From: Candidatus Midichloria mitochondrii IricVA
GTDB taxonomy: Bacteria > Pseudomonadota > Alphaproteobacteria > Rickettsiales > Midichloriaceae
Length of the DNA stretch: 32,000 nucleotides
Reading direction: 5' to 3'
Assembly: GCF_000219355.1 (NCBI RefSeq)
Contig: NC_015722.1
Location: 780,001 to 812,000, forward strand
The position numbers and the translations under genes are program-made. A model generated the notes under the pieces. It was not told the origin of the DNA. It saw only the letters and a list, made by a program, of their open reading frames with translations, and made no database searches. Numbering within the stretch: the stretch's first letter is position 1; every line of letters starts with the position of its first letter. Of this stretch, positions 1 to 11,335 are shown piece by piece.

Positions 1-69
1 GATACCCAAGGTGTCCAAAACCGTAAACAGGGTAGATCTAAATATGGCTCTAAGAGGCCTAAGCAGTAA
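1..69 (+). CDS. rpsL: 30S ribosomal protein S12, last 22 codons (gene begins upstream of the window)
   Basis: Frame 1 reads DTQGVQNRKQGRSKYGSKRPKQ then stop. This matches the conserved S12 C-terminus. It is followed by rpsG and fusA, as in the str operon. Confidence 0.85.
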   Translation, partial: DTQGVQNRKQGRSKYGSKRPKQ

Positions 70-82
70 TAGAGGTTGAAAT

Positions 83-556
83 ATGTCGCGTAGAAGAGCA
101 GCAGAAAATAGGCAGCATTTACCTGATGCAAAATATGGGCATCTAGGGATTGCGAAGTTTATTAACAATGTTATGGTGGGTGGAAAAAAGTCAGTAGCAG
201 AAAAGATAGTGTATGATGCACTGGAAAATGCTGCTAATAAATTAGGTGCAGACCCTGTAGAATTATTTGAAAAAGTTATAGCAAATGTTTCTCCCGTTCT
301 TGAAGTTAGGTCTAGGCGTGTCGGCGGTGCTACTTACCAAGTTCCCGTAGAGGTACGTGCCGTTAGAGCTATGGCGCTTGCTGTACGATGGATCATTAAA
401 GCGAGTAAAGCAAGAAAGGCAGAAAAATCAATGGCGCTTAGGTTATCTGCGTTGTTTGTCGACTCTTACAGCGGTAAGGGCGAAGCAGTGAAAAAGCGCG
501 ACGATACTCATAAGATGGCAGAAGCCAATAAAGCATTTGCTCATTATAAATGGTAA
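83..556 (+). CDS. rpsG: 30S ribosomal protein S7
   Basis: 157-aa ORF with S7 hallmarks ([41 protein letters not shown]-terminal AFAHYKW). It sits between rpsL and fusA. Confidence 0.97.
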   Translation: MSRRRAAENRQHLPDAKYGHLGIAKFINNVMVGGKKSVAEKIVYDALENAANKLGADPVELFEKVIANVSPVLEVRSRRVGGATYQVPVEVRAVRAMALAVRWIIKASKARKAEKSMALRLSALFVDSYSGKGEAVKKRDDTHKMAEANKAFAHYKW

Positions 557-574
557 TAGATAAGGTAACATCAT

Positions 575-2662
575 ATGAGTAGATTGGAGAACATACAAGA
601 TTGTCGTAACATTGGAATAATGGCGCATATTGATGCAGGTAAGACAACCCTTACAGAAAGAATTTTGTTTTATGGAGGTAAGCTTCATAAGATAGGCGAG
701 GTGCATGAGGGAACTGCTACTATGGATTGGATGAAGCAGGAGCAGGAGAGGGGCATTACCATCACTTCAGCTGCTACAACTCTGCAGTGGGCTGGTTCTG
801 AAGTTAAAAAGACTAAGATTAACATAATAGATACCCCAGGGCACGTTGACTTTACTATTGAGGTGGAGCGATCTCTGAAAGTGCTTGATGGCGCTATTGC
901 AGTATTTGACGGAGTGGCGGGGGTTGAGCCTCAAACTGAAACGGTATGGCGCCAAGCAGATAAGTATGGCGTGCCGCGTATGTGCTTTGTCAATAAGATG
1001 GATAGAATGGGTGCTGACTTTTACAGATGCCTAGATATGATCAAAGATAGATTGGGTGCTAACATTGCTGTGTTACAGTTGCCTATAGGCAGCCAAGATG
1101 ACTTTATCGGAGTAATTGATCTTGTTAAGATGCGCGCTATAATCTGGGAAGGTGATAAGCTTGGTGCAAAATATGAATATAAAGATATTCCTGCAAATAT
1201 GAAGAGAGAGGCAGATGAGTATCGTATAAAATTATTAGAAGCAGTTGCAGAATTTGATGATAAAATAATGGAGAAGTATCTCGAGGGTGAAGAGCTTTCT
1301 CCAGAAGAAATTAAAAAATGTATAAGAATAGGAACAGTTTCAGGTGGATTAGTTCCAGTGCTTTGTGGTAGCGCATTTAAGAATAAGGGTGTTCAGCCAT
1401 TATTAGATGCGGTTGTTGATTTCTTACCAAGTCCGATTGATGTTCCGCCAATCAAAGGAATTGATGCAGATACTGACGAGGAAATTGAAGTGAAATCAGA
1501 TGATAGCGGTAAATTTATAGCTCTTGCATTCAAAATCATGAATGATCCATTTGTTGGTTCCCTAACTTTTATCAGGATTTACTCTGGTACTTTAAAAAGT
1601 GGCGTTGGGGTAATGAATACTGTGAAAAATGATAAGGAAAGAATTGGTAGGATGCTTTTGATGCACGCTAATAACCGTGAAGATATAAAAGAGGCTTATG
1701 CCGGTGATATCATCGCCCTTGCTGGTCTAAAAAATACTACTACGGGCGATACCTTGTGCGAGCAGGATTGCAACGTGATTTTAGAGAAGATGGAGTTCCC
1801 CGAACCTGTAATTCAAGTGGCTGTTGAGCCTAAAACAACGGCTGATCAGGAAAAAATGTCTATCGCAATTGGCAGGCTTGTTGCGGAAGATCCATCCCTT
1901 CGGGTCAGTACTGATCCTGAAACTAACCAGACTGTATTAGCAGGTATGGGTGAGCTACATTTAGAGATCATTGTTGATCGTATGAAGCATGAATTTAAAG
2001 TTGAAGCTAATATAGGTGCCCCTCAAGTTGCGTACCGTGAAACCATTACTAAAGCTTATGAGATAGATTATACTCATAAAAAGCAATCCGGTGGTGCTGG
2101 TCAGTTTGCTAGAGTTAAGATATTATTTGAGCCTTTAGAATTAGGCGCAGGTTTTAATTTTGAAAGCAAGGTAGTTGGAGGGAATGTTCCGAAAGAATAC
2201 ATTCCAGCTGTTGAGAAAGGTATAGAAGCTATAAGCGCTGGTGGTGTTTTAGCTGGATACCCATTAATAGATTTCAAAGCTACATTACTTGATGGTGCAT
2301 ACCATGATGTCGATTCAAGTGCTTTAGCGTTTGAGATAGCGGCAAAAGCTGCTTTCAAAGAAGGCACTATGAAGGCGAGTCCTAAAGTACTTGAGCCAAT
2401 TATGAATGTAGAAGTTGTAACTCCCGAGAATTTTATGGGTGACGTCATTGGACACTTAAATAGTATTCGAGGACAAGTTCTTGGAATGGAGCCACGAGGT
2501 AATGCTCAAGTAATAAATGCAAAAGTTCCATTGGCAAAAATGTTTGGATATGTTAATACATTAAGGTCTATGACTCAGGGTAGAGCGCAGTACACAATGC
2601 ATTTTTCTCATTACGAACAGGTTCCGCGGGCTGTTGCTGATGAGATTATGGGTAAAAAATAG
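575..2662 (+). CDS. fusA: Elongation factor G
   Basis: 695-aa ORF with GTPase motifs [17 protein letters not shown] and NKMD, and full-length EF-G domain order. An AGGT-containing purine-rich stretch lies upstream. Confidence 0.98.
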   Translation: MSRLENIQDCRNIGIMAHIDAGKTTLTERILFYGGKLHKIGEVHEGTATMDWMKQEQERGITITSAATTLQWAGSEVKKTKINIIDTPGHVDFTIEVERSLKVLDGAIAVFDGVAGVEPQTETVWRQADKYGVPRMCFVNKMDRMGADFYRCLDMIKDRLGANIAVLQLPIGSQDDFIGVIDLVKMRAIIWEGDKLGAKYEYKDIPANMKREADEYRIKLLEAVAEFDDKIMEKYLEGEELSPEEIKKCIRIGTVSGGLVPVLCGSAFKNKGVQPLLDAVVDFLPSPIDVPPIKGIDADTDEEIEVKSDDSGKFIALAFKIMNDPFVGSLTFIRIYSGTLKSGVGVMNTVKNDKERIGRMLLMHANNREDIKEAYAGDIIALAGLKNTTTGDTLCEQDCNVILEKMEFPEPVIQVAVEPKTTADQEKMSIAIGRLVAEDPSLRVSTDPETNQTVLAGMGELHLEIIVDRMKHEFKVEANIGAPQVAYRETITKAYEIDYTHKKQSGGAGQFARVKILFEPLELGAGFNFESKVVGGNVPKEYIPAVEKGIEAISAGGVLAGYPLIDFKATLLDGAYHDVDSSALAFEIAAKAAFKEGTMKASPKVLEPIMNVEVVTPENFMGDVIGHLNSIRGQVLGMEPRGNAQVINAKVPLAKMFGYVNTLRSMTQGRAQYTMHFSHYEQVPRAVADEIMGKK

Positions 2663-2677
2663 TTAAGGGTAAAATTT

Positions 2678-2941
2678 ATGGCAAAGGAGAAATTTGTAAG
2701 AAATAAACCGCACGTGAATATAGGAACTATAGGTCACGTGGATCATGGTAAGACAAGCTTGACAGCAGCACTAACCAAGATGTTTGGAAGGTATGTTAAG
2801 TATGATGAGATAGATAAGGCGCCAGAAGAGAAGGCAAGAGGAATCACCATTAACTCAGCTCACGTTGAGTACGAAACAGAAAACAGACACTATGCGCACG
2901 TTGATTGTCCTGGACACGCGGATTATGTAAAAAACATGATT
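2678..2941 (+). pseudogene. tuf: Elongation factor Tu, 5' fragment only (codons 1-88)
   Basis: The ORF starts [32 protein letters not shown]...[13 protein letters not shown], a clean EF-Tu N-terminus with G1 and G3 motifs. From nt 2942 the sequence is IS-derived, so the tail of the 124-aa ORF 2678..3052 is read-through into IS DNA. About 300 codons of tuf are absent. Confidence 0.9.
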
Positions 2942-3098
2942 AGTTGTCGCTTGCAAAAATCATCAATCAAACAAAATATTTCTACTAGGGAAACCACTTT
3001 CCTTATTTATCGTGAAATTGAGAGAAACTTAATGGTTACACAGCTTCTTTAAAACCATATCAGATAATTTCTTTAAAACTTACCTAAAACTGGGGTTA
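2942..3098 (-). mobile_element. IS982-family fragment A1: left end (IRL plus transposase 5' region), inverted
   Basis: This is the reverse complement of 26510..26666 with about 6 mismatches in 157 nt. The IS terminus (..ctggggtta) lies at 3098 and the internal break lies at 2942, against tuf. Confidence 0.85.
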
Positions 3099-3099
3099 A

Positions 3100-3392
3100 C
3101 AAAAACACTGAGCAATCAAGGTATTGAGCTCGTCACCCACGGCTTAAGAAAAACATGAAAAACAAAACCCGCTTGCGGCTTTTAAACAACTGCTTCTTGC
3201 AGGGCGTGGATTGATTGAAACAGCCATCGGAGAATTGAAAGAGATTTGCCAAATCCAGCACAACACGGCATCGCTTGCCAAACAATTTCTTGGCAGACCT
3301 CCTCTCAGGGCTCTTGGCTTATGTCTTCAAACCCAATATATCTAATGGAAAATAGGCTCACGGGCCCTACTCCTTACGTCAAACTGAGGTTA
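3100..3392 (+). mobile_element. IS982-family fragment A2: right end (transposase 3' region plus IRR)
   Basis: Collinear with 27170..27453 and with the reverse complement of 6417..6712. It ends in the IRR ..acgtcaaactgaggtta. It encodes frameshifted remnants of the IS982 C-terminal motif (..LIETAIGELKEICQIQH..LSGLLAYV..). Confidence 0.85.
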
Positions 3393-4040
3393 TTTACGGG
3401 GTTTAGTATAACCTGGCGTAGCATTTCTTTTTGCTTCTATACGTTCTACAAATGAAGCTTTTTCTTGCTGTGACTTATTAAATTTCTGAGAAAATAACGG
3501 TTCTTGTTTATTGGAGGCGGATAAGGAATTCTCTTCTAGACTGTTAATTTCAAGGGAGAGTGGTTTTTGGTGAGGATTTTGATCTAGAGAATGCCTAGAG
3601 GGTGATAAGATTTTTTGAACAATCTTTGTAATTTTAATCTCAAAATTATCTAAGAATGTTTTTGGCCTAATTAAGATATTATCTGTAGAGCTTTTTGTTT
3701 TTTCTTGCTCATTTTTTACGCTTCCCAAAAGCGCAGTTGGGATTTCTAATTCCTCTAAAAAACCAAATATCTTTTTAGCTGCTCCTGGATTATCTGTTTC
3801 GATTTCAGTGGTGCTTGAAACTATCGAATGCGCCAATACCTTAATAATTTCAGTTAATTCTTCTTTTTGAGAAGCAGTGGTAATTTTTTCCTTGATCAAA
3901 GCTTGTTTTATGTAAAACACTGATCTAATAAACTTTTCTTTTGTTTGAGAATCCAAACGTATGGCACTACGCTGCAAAAATGATATAAATTTATCCTCTA
4001 TATTATTCTGTGCCACAACCATATGTAGTATGAAACTCAA
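3390..4040 (-). CDS. Hypothetical protein (E/K/S-rich, no recognised domain); the 3' end may be truncated by the IS
   Basis: 216-aa ORF from a TTG at 4040, with an alternative ATG at 4022. Its stop codon TAA is the reverse complement of 3390..3392, which are the last 3 nt of the IS982 IRR. I recognise no motif. Confidence 0.4.
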   Translation of the reverse strand: MSFILHMVVAQNNIEDKFISFLQRSAIRLDSQTKEKFIRSVFYIKQALIKEKITTASQKEELTEIIKVLAHSIVSSTTEIETDNPGAAKKIFGFLEELEIPTALLGSVKNEQEKTKSSTDNILIRPKTFLDNFEIKITKIVQKILSPSRHSLDQNPHQKPLSLEINSLEENSLSASNKQEPLFSQKFNKSQQEKASFVERIEAKRNATPGYTKPRK

Positions 4041-4215
4041 TTGACACTGATTATACTACCTTAAGTTGCAATTAAGTCAAAGACATAATTGGATATTTCC
4101 AGTTAACAGCAAAATTATACGTTTATACACTTAAACCTTGGTTATGTCCGGTTTTTGTGTGAATTTTCCTTCCTTAGTTTGTGCTATCTAGTTTTCTCTG
4201 TTTTACTCTCTTTAA

Positions 4216-4848
4216 TTAATAAAAGATTGAAGCCGATATGCAAAATATTAAGGGGATAAGTAAATTATCATCGACTTCGATCTTTTTTGCAAATAATTCT
4301 ACGCAAGCAGTAATAAAGCACGTTAAGAGGATAGCAAAAAGGCTCATATGATTTATTCCATAGATGGATATAATTGCATAAGAAATTACAATCGCACTGA
4401 GAAAAAATGCTAGACAGCCTTCCAAAGTTTTATCTAAGAGTTGGATTTTTCCAAATTTTAGTCCTACTAACGCTGCAAGAGAATCAGATACAGCTAGTAT
4501 TGAGAAGGCTATTATAAAAACAAATTTTGGGAAAAATAGTAAAGTAATAAACATCGCAATAGCCATATAGCTAGCCCCTGTTAGTGTAGTTATTTCATGA
4601 GGCCGTATTATTTTATTTATATCTATTTTTAGAAAATTTAAGATGTCTTGAGTAATATAGTGAATTTTGCCCGTTGAAAATCTGCTCCACTCGAAAAAAA
4701 ACATTCCTGAAGTAAAAAGTAAAATCAAAACCATCATGCTCTCTTTATTTGTAAAGTGATATAATATGGGAAATAAGATTGAGCTTAAGTGTAGGATTTT
4801 TCTAAACATTTCTTTCAAAAATCTTTCTTTTGAGATATTGTTAAACAC
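4216..4848 (-). CDS. Polytopic membrane protein of the CTP-dependent polyprenol/dolichol/phytol kinase type (COG0170-like)
   Basis: 210-aa ORF with about 6 hydrophobic segments. The segment AVSDSLAALVGLKFGK...DKTLEGCLAFF resembles the conserved D..AA.vG...G....KSleGs.aFF block of this family. Confidence 0.55.
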   Translation of the reverse strand: MFNNISKERFLKEMFRKILHLSSILFPILYHFTNKESMMVLILLFTSGMFFFEWSRFSTGKIHYITQDILNFLKIDINKIIRPHEITTLTGASYMAIAMFITLLFFPKFVFIIAFSILAVSDSLAALVGLKFGKIQLLDKTLEGCLAFFLSAIVISYAIISIYGINHMSLFAILLTCFITACVELFAKKIEVDDNLLIPLIFCISASIFY

Positions 4849-4865
4849 ATTGCGTATTTAATTTA

Positions 4866-5324
4866 TTGAAAATGACAGGGGTAGTTGTCAGCATCGTACT
4901 TGGAGTAGTTATAGCCGGTATCGCTGCATTAATCACTATTAATTTAGCGTTAAATAGTAGCAATAGAAAAAAATCAAAAGAAAAACTTCAAACAATACTT
5001 GGTTCTTCTCCTTATAGGAAGCATGAGCCTTTGCCGAAGCCAAATACGGAACTTTTGCACCGGGACAAGGAACAAGAAAGAGCACAAGAGAATGAGGTGA
5101 CAAAGTATAATGATTTAGAGATAGAGGATGATAAACAAAAGAGCGAAACTAAAATAGTTGGTATTGTTGAACCTCAAGGGTTTTGGTCTAACTTCATAAT
5201 ATCGCAAAAATTAGGATACATCATTTCGAGGATGGCTGCTCAACAATCTGGTAATGGTTTTTGGGTTAATTTAATAAAGGCACAATCTATGTCTCAGGGC
5301 AAAAATCAAAGTAGGGGCAGGTGA
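4866..5324 (+). CDS. Hypothetical protein with an N-terminal transmembrane anchor
   Basis: 152-aa ORF (TTG at 4866, ATG at 4872). It has an N-terminal TM helix (VVVSIVLGVVIAGIAALITINLAL), then a charged linker, then a C-terminal block KIVGIVEPQGFWSNFIISQKLGYIISRM..GNGFWVNLIKAQ. No family recognised. Confidence 0.4.
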   Translation: MKMTGVVVSIVLGVVIAGIAALITINLALNSSNRKKSKEKLQTILGSSPYRKHEPLPKPNTELLHRDKEQERAQENEVTKYNDLEIEDDKQKSETKIVGIVEPQGFWSNFIISQKLGYIISRMAAQQSGNGFWVNLIKAQSMSQGKNQSRGR

Positions 5325-5521
5325 TAAATGTCGACGGAAAATTTGATAAGATTTTACAGGATAAAGGGGTTCCTAATCCGCAGGATGTGTCCATACAGGC
5401 AGTAGACGCAATGAGGCCTGCAGCAAAAGAAGGTATGCATTATAGGGGCGCAGATGCATTGCTTTCTCAAGAAATTAATGCTATTTCAACTCCTCAGATA
5501 CAGAAAGCTCTAAGCCGATAG
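5321..5521 (+). CDS. Hypothetical small protein (66 aa)
   Basis: The ORF has a GTG start that overlaps the previous stop (GTGA). It ends 8 nt before glyQ. No recognisable motif. Its coding status is uncertain. Confidence 0.25.
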   Translation: MINVDGKFDKILQDKGVPNPQDVSIQAVDAMRPAAKEGMHYRGADALLSQEINAISTPQIQKALSR

Positions 5522-5529
5522 TTAAGTTT

Positions 5530-6384
5530 ATGCATTTTCAAGATATTATATTTAACCTACAGAAATTTTGGGGAGATAAGGGTTGTGTCATATTGCAGCC
5601 CTATGATATTGAAGTTGGAGCCGGTACCTCGCATCCGGCCACTACTCTTAGATGTTTAAGTGAAGAAAAATGGAACGTTGCATATGCGCAGCCTTGCCGC
5701 AGGCCTACTGATGGCCGGTATGGAGAAAATCCGAACAGAATGCAACATTATTATCAATTTCAAGTTTTAATGAAGCCCTCTCCAGACGACATGCAGAATT
5801 TAGTTATAGAGAGCTTGGAAAAAGTTGGCCTATACGCAAAAAATCATGATATTAGATTTGTTGAAGATGATTGGAAAAACCCAACCTTGGGCGCTTGGGG
5901 TCTTGGCTGGGAAATTTGGTGTGATGGAATGGAAATTATACAATTTACTTATATGCAGCAATTAGGCGGAGTTGATTGTAGGCCGGTGGCTGCGGAAATA
6001 ACATATGGTTTAGAAAGACTTGCTATGTTTATACAGAAAGTAGACAGTATATGGGACGTTACTTGGAATAATGCTGGTGTTACTTACGCTGACATTTTTT
6101 TGAAAACTGAAAAGCAATACAGCCATTATAACTTCAACCGAGCTAACATCGAAATGCTTAAAAGCCATTTTGTAGATGTGCTTTCTGAAGTTTTTATATT
6201 GGTTGAAGTAGAATTGCCACAGCCAGCCTACGATCTTTGTTTAAAGGCCTCACACATGTTCAATTTGCTTGAAGCAAGAGGAGCAATAAGCGTTACAGAG
6301 CGCGAAGCTTATATAGCTAAAATTAGAGATGCGGCAAGGGCTTGCTCGGCTTCTTGGTTAAATACGGTAAGTAATTTGACCTAA
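5530..6384 (+). CDS. glyQ: Glycine--tRNA ligase alpha subunit
   Basis: 284-aa ORF starting MHFQDIIFNLQKFWGDKGCVILQPYD..GAGTSHPATTLR, with ..YQFQV..KPSP and ..GLERLAMFIQ. It is a full-length GlyQ. Confidence 0.97.
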   Translation: MHFQDIIFNLQKFWGDKGCVILQPYDIEVGAGTSHPATTLRCLSEEKWNVAYAQPCRRPTDGRYGENPNRMQHYYQFQVLMKPSPDDMQNLVIESLEKVGLYAKNHDIRFVEDDWKNPTLGAWGLGWEIWCDGMEIIQFTYMQQLGGVDCRPVAAEITYGLERLAMFIQKVDSIWDVTWNNAGVTYADIFLKTEKQYSHYNFNRANIEMLKSHFVDVLSEVFILVEVELPQPAYDLCLKASHMFNLLEARGAISVTEREAYIAKIRDAARACSASWLNTVSNLT

Positions 6385-6416
6385 GAAGGCCAGGAAAGGT
6401 CCTAGAATCCTATATA

Positions 6417-6938
6417 AAACCCCAGTTTGACGTTAAGGAGTATGCCCGTGAGCCTATTTTTCCATGAGATAATATTGGGTTGAAGACATAAGCCAAGAGC
6501 CCTGAGAAAGAGGTCTGTCAAGAAATTGTTTGGCGAGCGATGCCGTGTGGTGCCGGATTTGGCAAATCTCTTTCAATTGTCCGATGGCTGTTTTAATCAA
6601 TCCACGCCCTGCAAGAAGCAGTTGTTTAAAAGCCGCAAGCCGGGTTTTGTTTTTCATGTTTTTCTTAAGCCGTGGGTGACGAGCTCAATACCTTGATTGC
6701 TCAGTGTTTTTGCTTATATACCACCGATCTCCGAATAGAAGGCCTGTCAAATATTGAGTCAGTTTCTCGACAACGGCTCGATCATCTGTATTACTGATGT
6801 CAGTGTGAATGACATAATCTCTCCTTGATCATTGAGGCCAAAGAACCATCCGGGTCGACGTTTTCCCACGCTGAGCGATGCCTTTAAAGACCTTATTACG
6901 CTAGTACGTGAGTTATGACAAACCATTTATACATACCA
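6417..6938 (-). mobile_element. IS982-family fragment B: 3' roughly 55 percent of the element, truncated internally
   Basis: This is the reverse complement of about 26945..27453. The IRR terminus (aaaaccccagtttgacgttaagg) lies at 6417, 33 nt after the glyQ stop. Similarity is lost near 6925-6940. The transposase frames are broken; the 67-aa ORF 6454..6657 is one fragment. Confidence 0.85.
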
Positions 6939-7021
6939 GCGGAGGCTGCAGAATCGCAGCTTGAAATAGGGAAGGCTTAGTCTAAATTTTGCTGCAGCGT
7001 TTTTCAGCTGCAAAATTAAAA

Positions 7022-7165
7022 GACCCCAATTTTTAGCTTGGCAACATCCTACTCTCCCATGCCTTAAGACACAGTACCATCGGCGATGGAGCTCTTCACT
7101 TCTGAGTTCGGAATGGGCTCAGGTGTTACATCTCCTCTATAACCACCAAGCTAAAAATTGGGGTC
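7022..7165 (-). other. Extended helix enclosing the 5S rRNA (putative processing stem)
   Basis: 7022..7035 (gaccccaattttta) is the perfect reverse complement of 7152..7165 (taaaaattggggtc). Both abut the 5S terminal helix directly. Confidence 0.6.
7036..7151 (-). rRNA. rrf: 5S ribosomal RNA
   Basis: The minus strand reads GCTTGGTGGTTATAGAGGAGATGTAACACCTGAGCCCATTCCGAACTCAGAAGTGAAGAGCTCCATCGCCGATGGTACTGTG...GGGAGAGTAGGATGTTGCCAAGC. It has the universal CCGAACTCAGAAGTGAA and GGGAGAGTAGG blocks, and the two ends pair. Confidence 0.92.
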
Positions 7166-7174
7166 CTTCAAGAC

Positions 7175-7188
7175 AAATAAGTTATCAA
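7175..7188 (-). other. 3' arm of a putative 23S processing stem
   Basis: aaataagttatcaa is the perfect reverse complement of 10117..10130 (ttgataacttattt). Confidence 0.5.
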
Positions 7189-7235
7189 CTTTAAACTAAA
7201 CTTTCAAAACAAACAAAATCCAGTACGCAAACAAT

Positions 7236-10029
<2,794 letters not shown>

Positions 10030-10116
10030 ACTATTTTACTTACAGAACTAAACTTTGCCTGTTTCAGCTTCATTTATGCTAATTAAATTTTTAGCAGTAA
10101 GTTTAAATAATTTTTT

Positions 10117-10130
10117 TTGATAACTTATTT
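10117..10130 (-). other. 5' arm of a putative 23S processing stem
   Basis: Perfect 14-nt complement of 7175..7188. It lies in the leader about 90-100 nt upstream of the 23S 5' end. Confidence 0.5.
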
Positions 10131-10187
10131 ACAATTTCAAAAGAACTTTTTCACTCACCAAGCTTTTTTTGCTTCGTGGTGAAGGGG

Positions 10188-10216
10188 ATAATACTTAAAA
10201 CCCCTCGACCGGTCAA
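10188..10216 (-). promoter_or_regulatory. Candidate sigma70-type promoter for the 23S-5S unit
   Basis: The minus strand reads TTGACC, a 17-nt spacer, then TATTAT. An A/T-rich tract (aattaaaaaattgaaaaaagg) precedes it and could act as an UP element. It lies about 150 nt upstream of the 23S. This is a pattern match only, in AT-rich DNA. Confidence 0.35.
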
Positions 10217-10261
10217 TTCCTTTTTTCAATTTTTTAATTAATAGTTTTCAACACCCAAAAA

Positions 10262-10960
10262 ATAGAGAGATCAAACATCTCCACTATCAAATGCACCACC
10301 CTGACTGAAGTTTAATTCATCACCTGTTGTTTCATAAATAGGAGCTTGCCCTGCCCCGTAATCTCATATTGATTAGCGTTCCAGCCCTGTCCAATTGTAC
10401 CACAGATAACCGTAGCTACCTTTGTGTTGGTTAATTCCATCATACCAGCAACCATAGCGCACCCGTCATTTTAGCTGGAGGAGAAATTTTTGCATTATGC
10501 GCTGGTCGTGGCTTCTGGAGAAACCGGACATTCAACTTCCGAACAAGGCGTTGTAGTGCTGATTCTGTTGTGGTAGTACTTGGTTGTAGTGGAAGTAGTT
10601 GCAGTACTAACTGTTGTAGGTAACTCTGTAGTGGTGGGGGTAATAGTGGACCAGAACTGCCGCAGTTGTGAGCTTGTCCAGGAACTGGGGCACCGAGCAG
10701 TACGGAAATTGTGTTTGTGTTCCAATTAGCAGCGCGGCTAGGTCAAAAATCCCATCACCATTGAAATAACAAAAGCCGGTTTAAAAGTCCCAATCACCGT
10801 TACCCATCAACACTGAAACTGTGGACGAGCCATTGTTAGTATTAACTATATCTAGCCTACCATCTTGATTAAGATCTCCTACTGCTATGTCACGGGGGGT
10901 TTATTTCCCACAATGTTACTCATTTTTTTACCCTTTAATCAAAGTCTTCAGCAATAAACC
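10262..10960 (-). pseudogene. Decayed FG-GAP/VCBS-repeat protein gene (fragments in several frames)
   Basis: Minus-strand fragments read RDIAVGDLNQDGRLDIVNTNNGSSTVSVLMGNGDWDF(stop), then FNGDGIFDLAA, then NTNTISVLLGAP. These are typical FG-GAP repeat units (DxNxDGxxD...vsvllGnGdgtF) broken by stops and frameshifts. A Thr-rich linker (ORF 10495..10725) and an unassigned C-terminal piece follow. Confidence 0.5.
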
Positions 10961-11335
10961 TAAAGCACCACGCCACACAATTCACATTGCTTTTAAAGTT
11001 CCCAAGCTATTTTTAATGGAGTATCATAAAACAGCACATGAAAAAACTGGTACAATGGTCATTGACACATGTCAATATTTATTTACAGCAACTACGCGCT
11101 GGCCAGCAACAACAACGACTTACAGTTAACACTCTGTGTATTATTTGCATAAGTTTATAGCTAAAGTATTTGAATGTGAAGAGCAAAGTGCAGAAAATAC
11201 TATACGAGCGACCAAGCTAGCCAAATCATATCGGTGCTATAAAATTACTTATATGTGCTCTTAAGGAGAATAAAAGGATTCCCCACACGCTGTCCCTAAA
11301 ATGCAACTAGGCACAATTTGTTTTTTGGATAATAA

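Noticed and set aside
438-955. Minus-strand ORFs 438..647, 443..706 and 767..955
   Set aside because: They are antisense to rpsG and fusA, which have unambiguous protein identity. No motifs.
2101-2448. 115-aa minus-strand ORF
   Set aside because: Antisense shadow ORF inside fusA.
2678-3052. The 124-aa ORF taken at face value as a short EF-Tu-like protein
   Set aside because: Only residues 1-88 are EF-Tu. The last 36 residues are translation of inverted IS982 DNA, so this is a truncated gene and not a novel small GTPase.
3246-3455. 69-aa ORF, and the 67-aa ORF at 6454..6657, as independent small genes
   Set aside because: Both are frames within IS982 right-end fragments and are remnants of the transposase C-terminus.
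4050-4080. Perfect TATAAT (minus strand) with TTGACT upstream, as a promoter for ORF 3390..4040
   Set aside because: The spacer is 19 nt, which is suboptimal, and AT-rich DNA produces many such hexamers. It is mentioned under the ORF finding only.
6940-7035. Short GC hairpins (gctgcagaatcgcagc; gcagctgaaaaacgctgc on the minus strand) as the rRNA operon terminator
   Set aside because: The stems are only 5 bp with imperfect extensions and no clear U-tract. It is plausible but too weak to call as a feature.
10887-11129. 80-aa plus-strand ORF in the region between the FG-GAP relic and the response regulator
   Set aside because: It has no ribosome-binding context or motif and overlaps the decayed minus-strand gene region. 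I treat it as noise.
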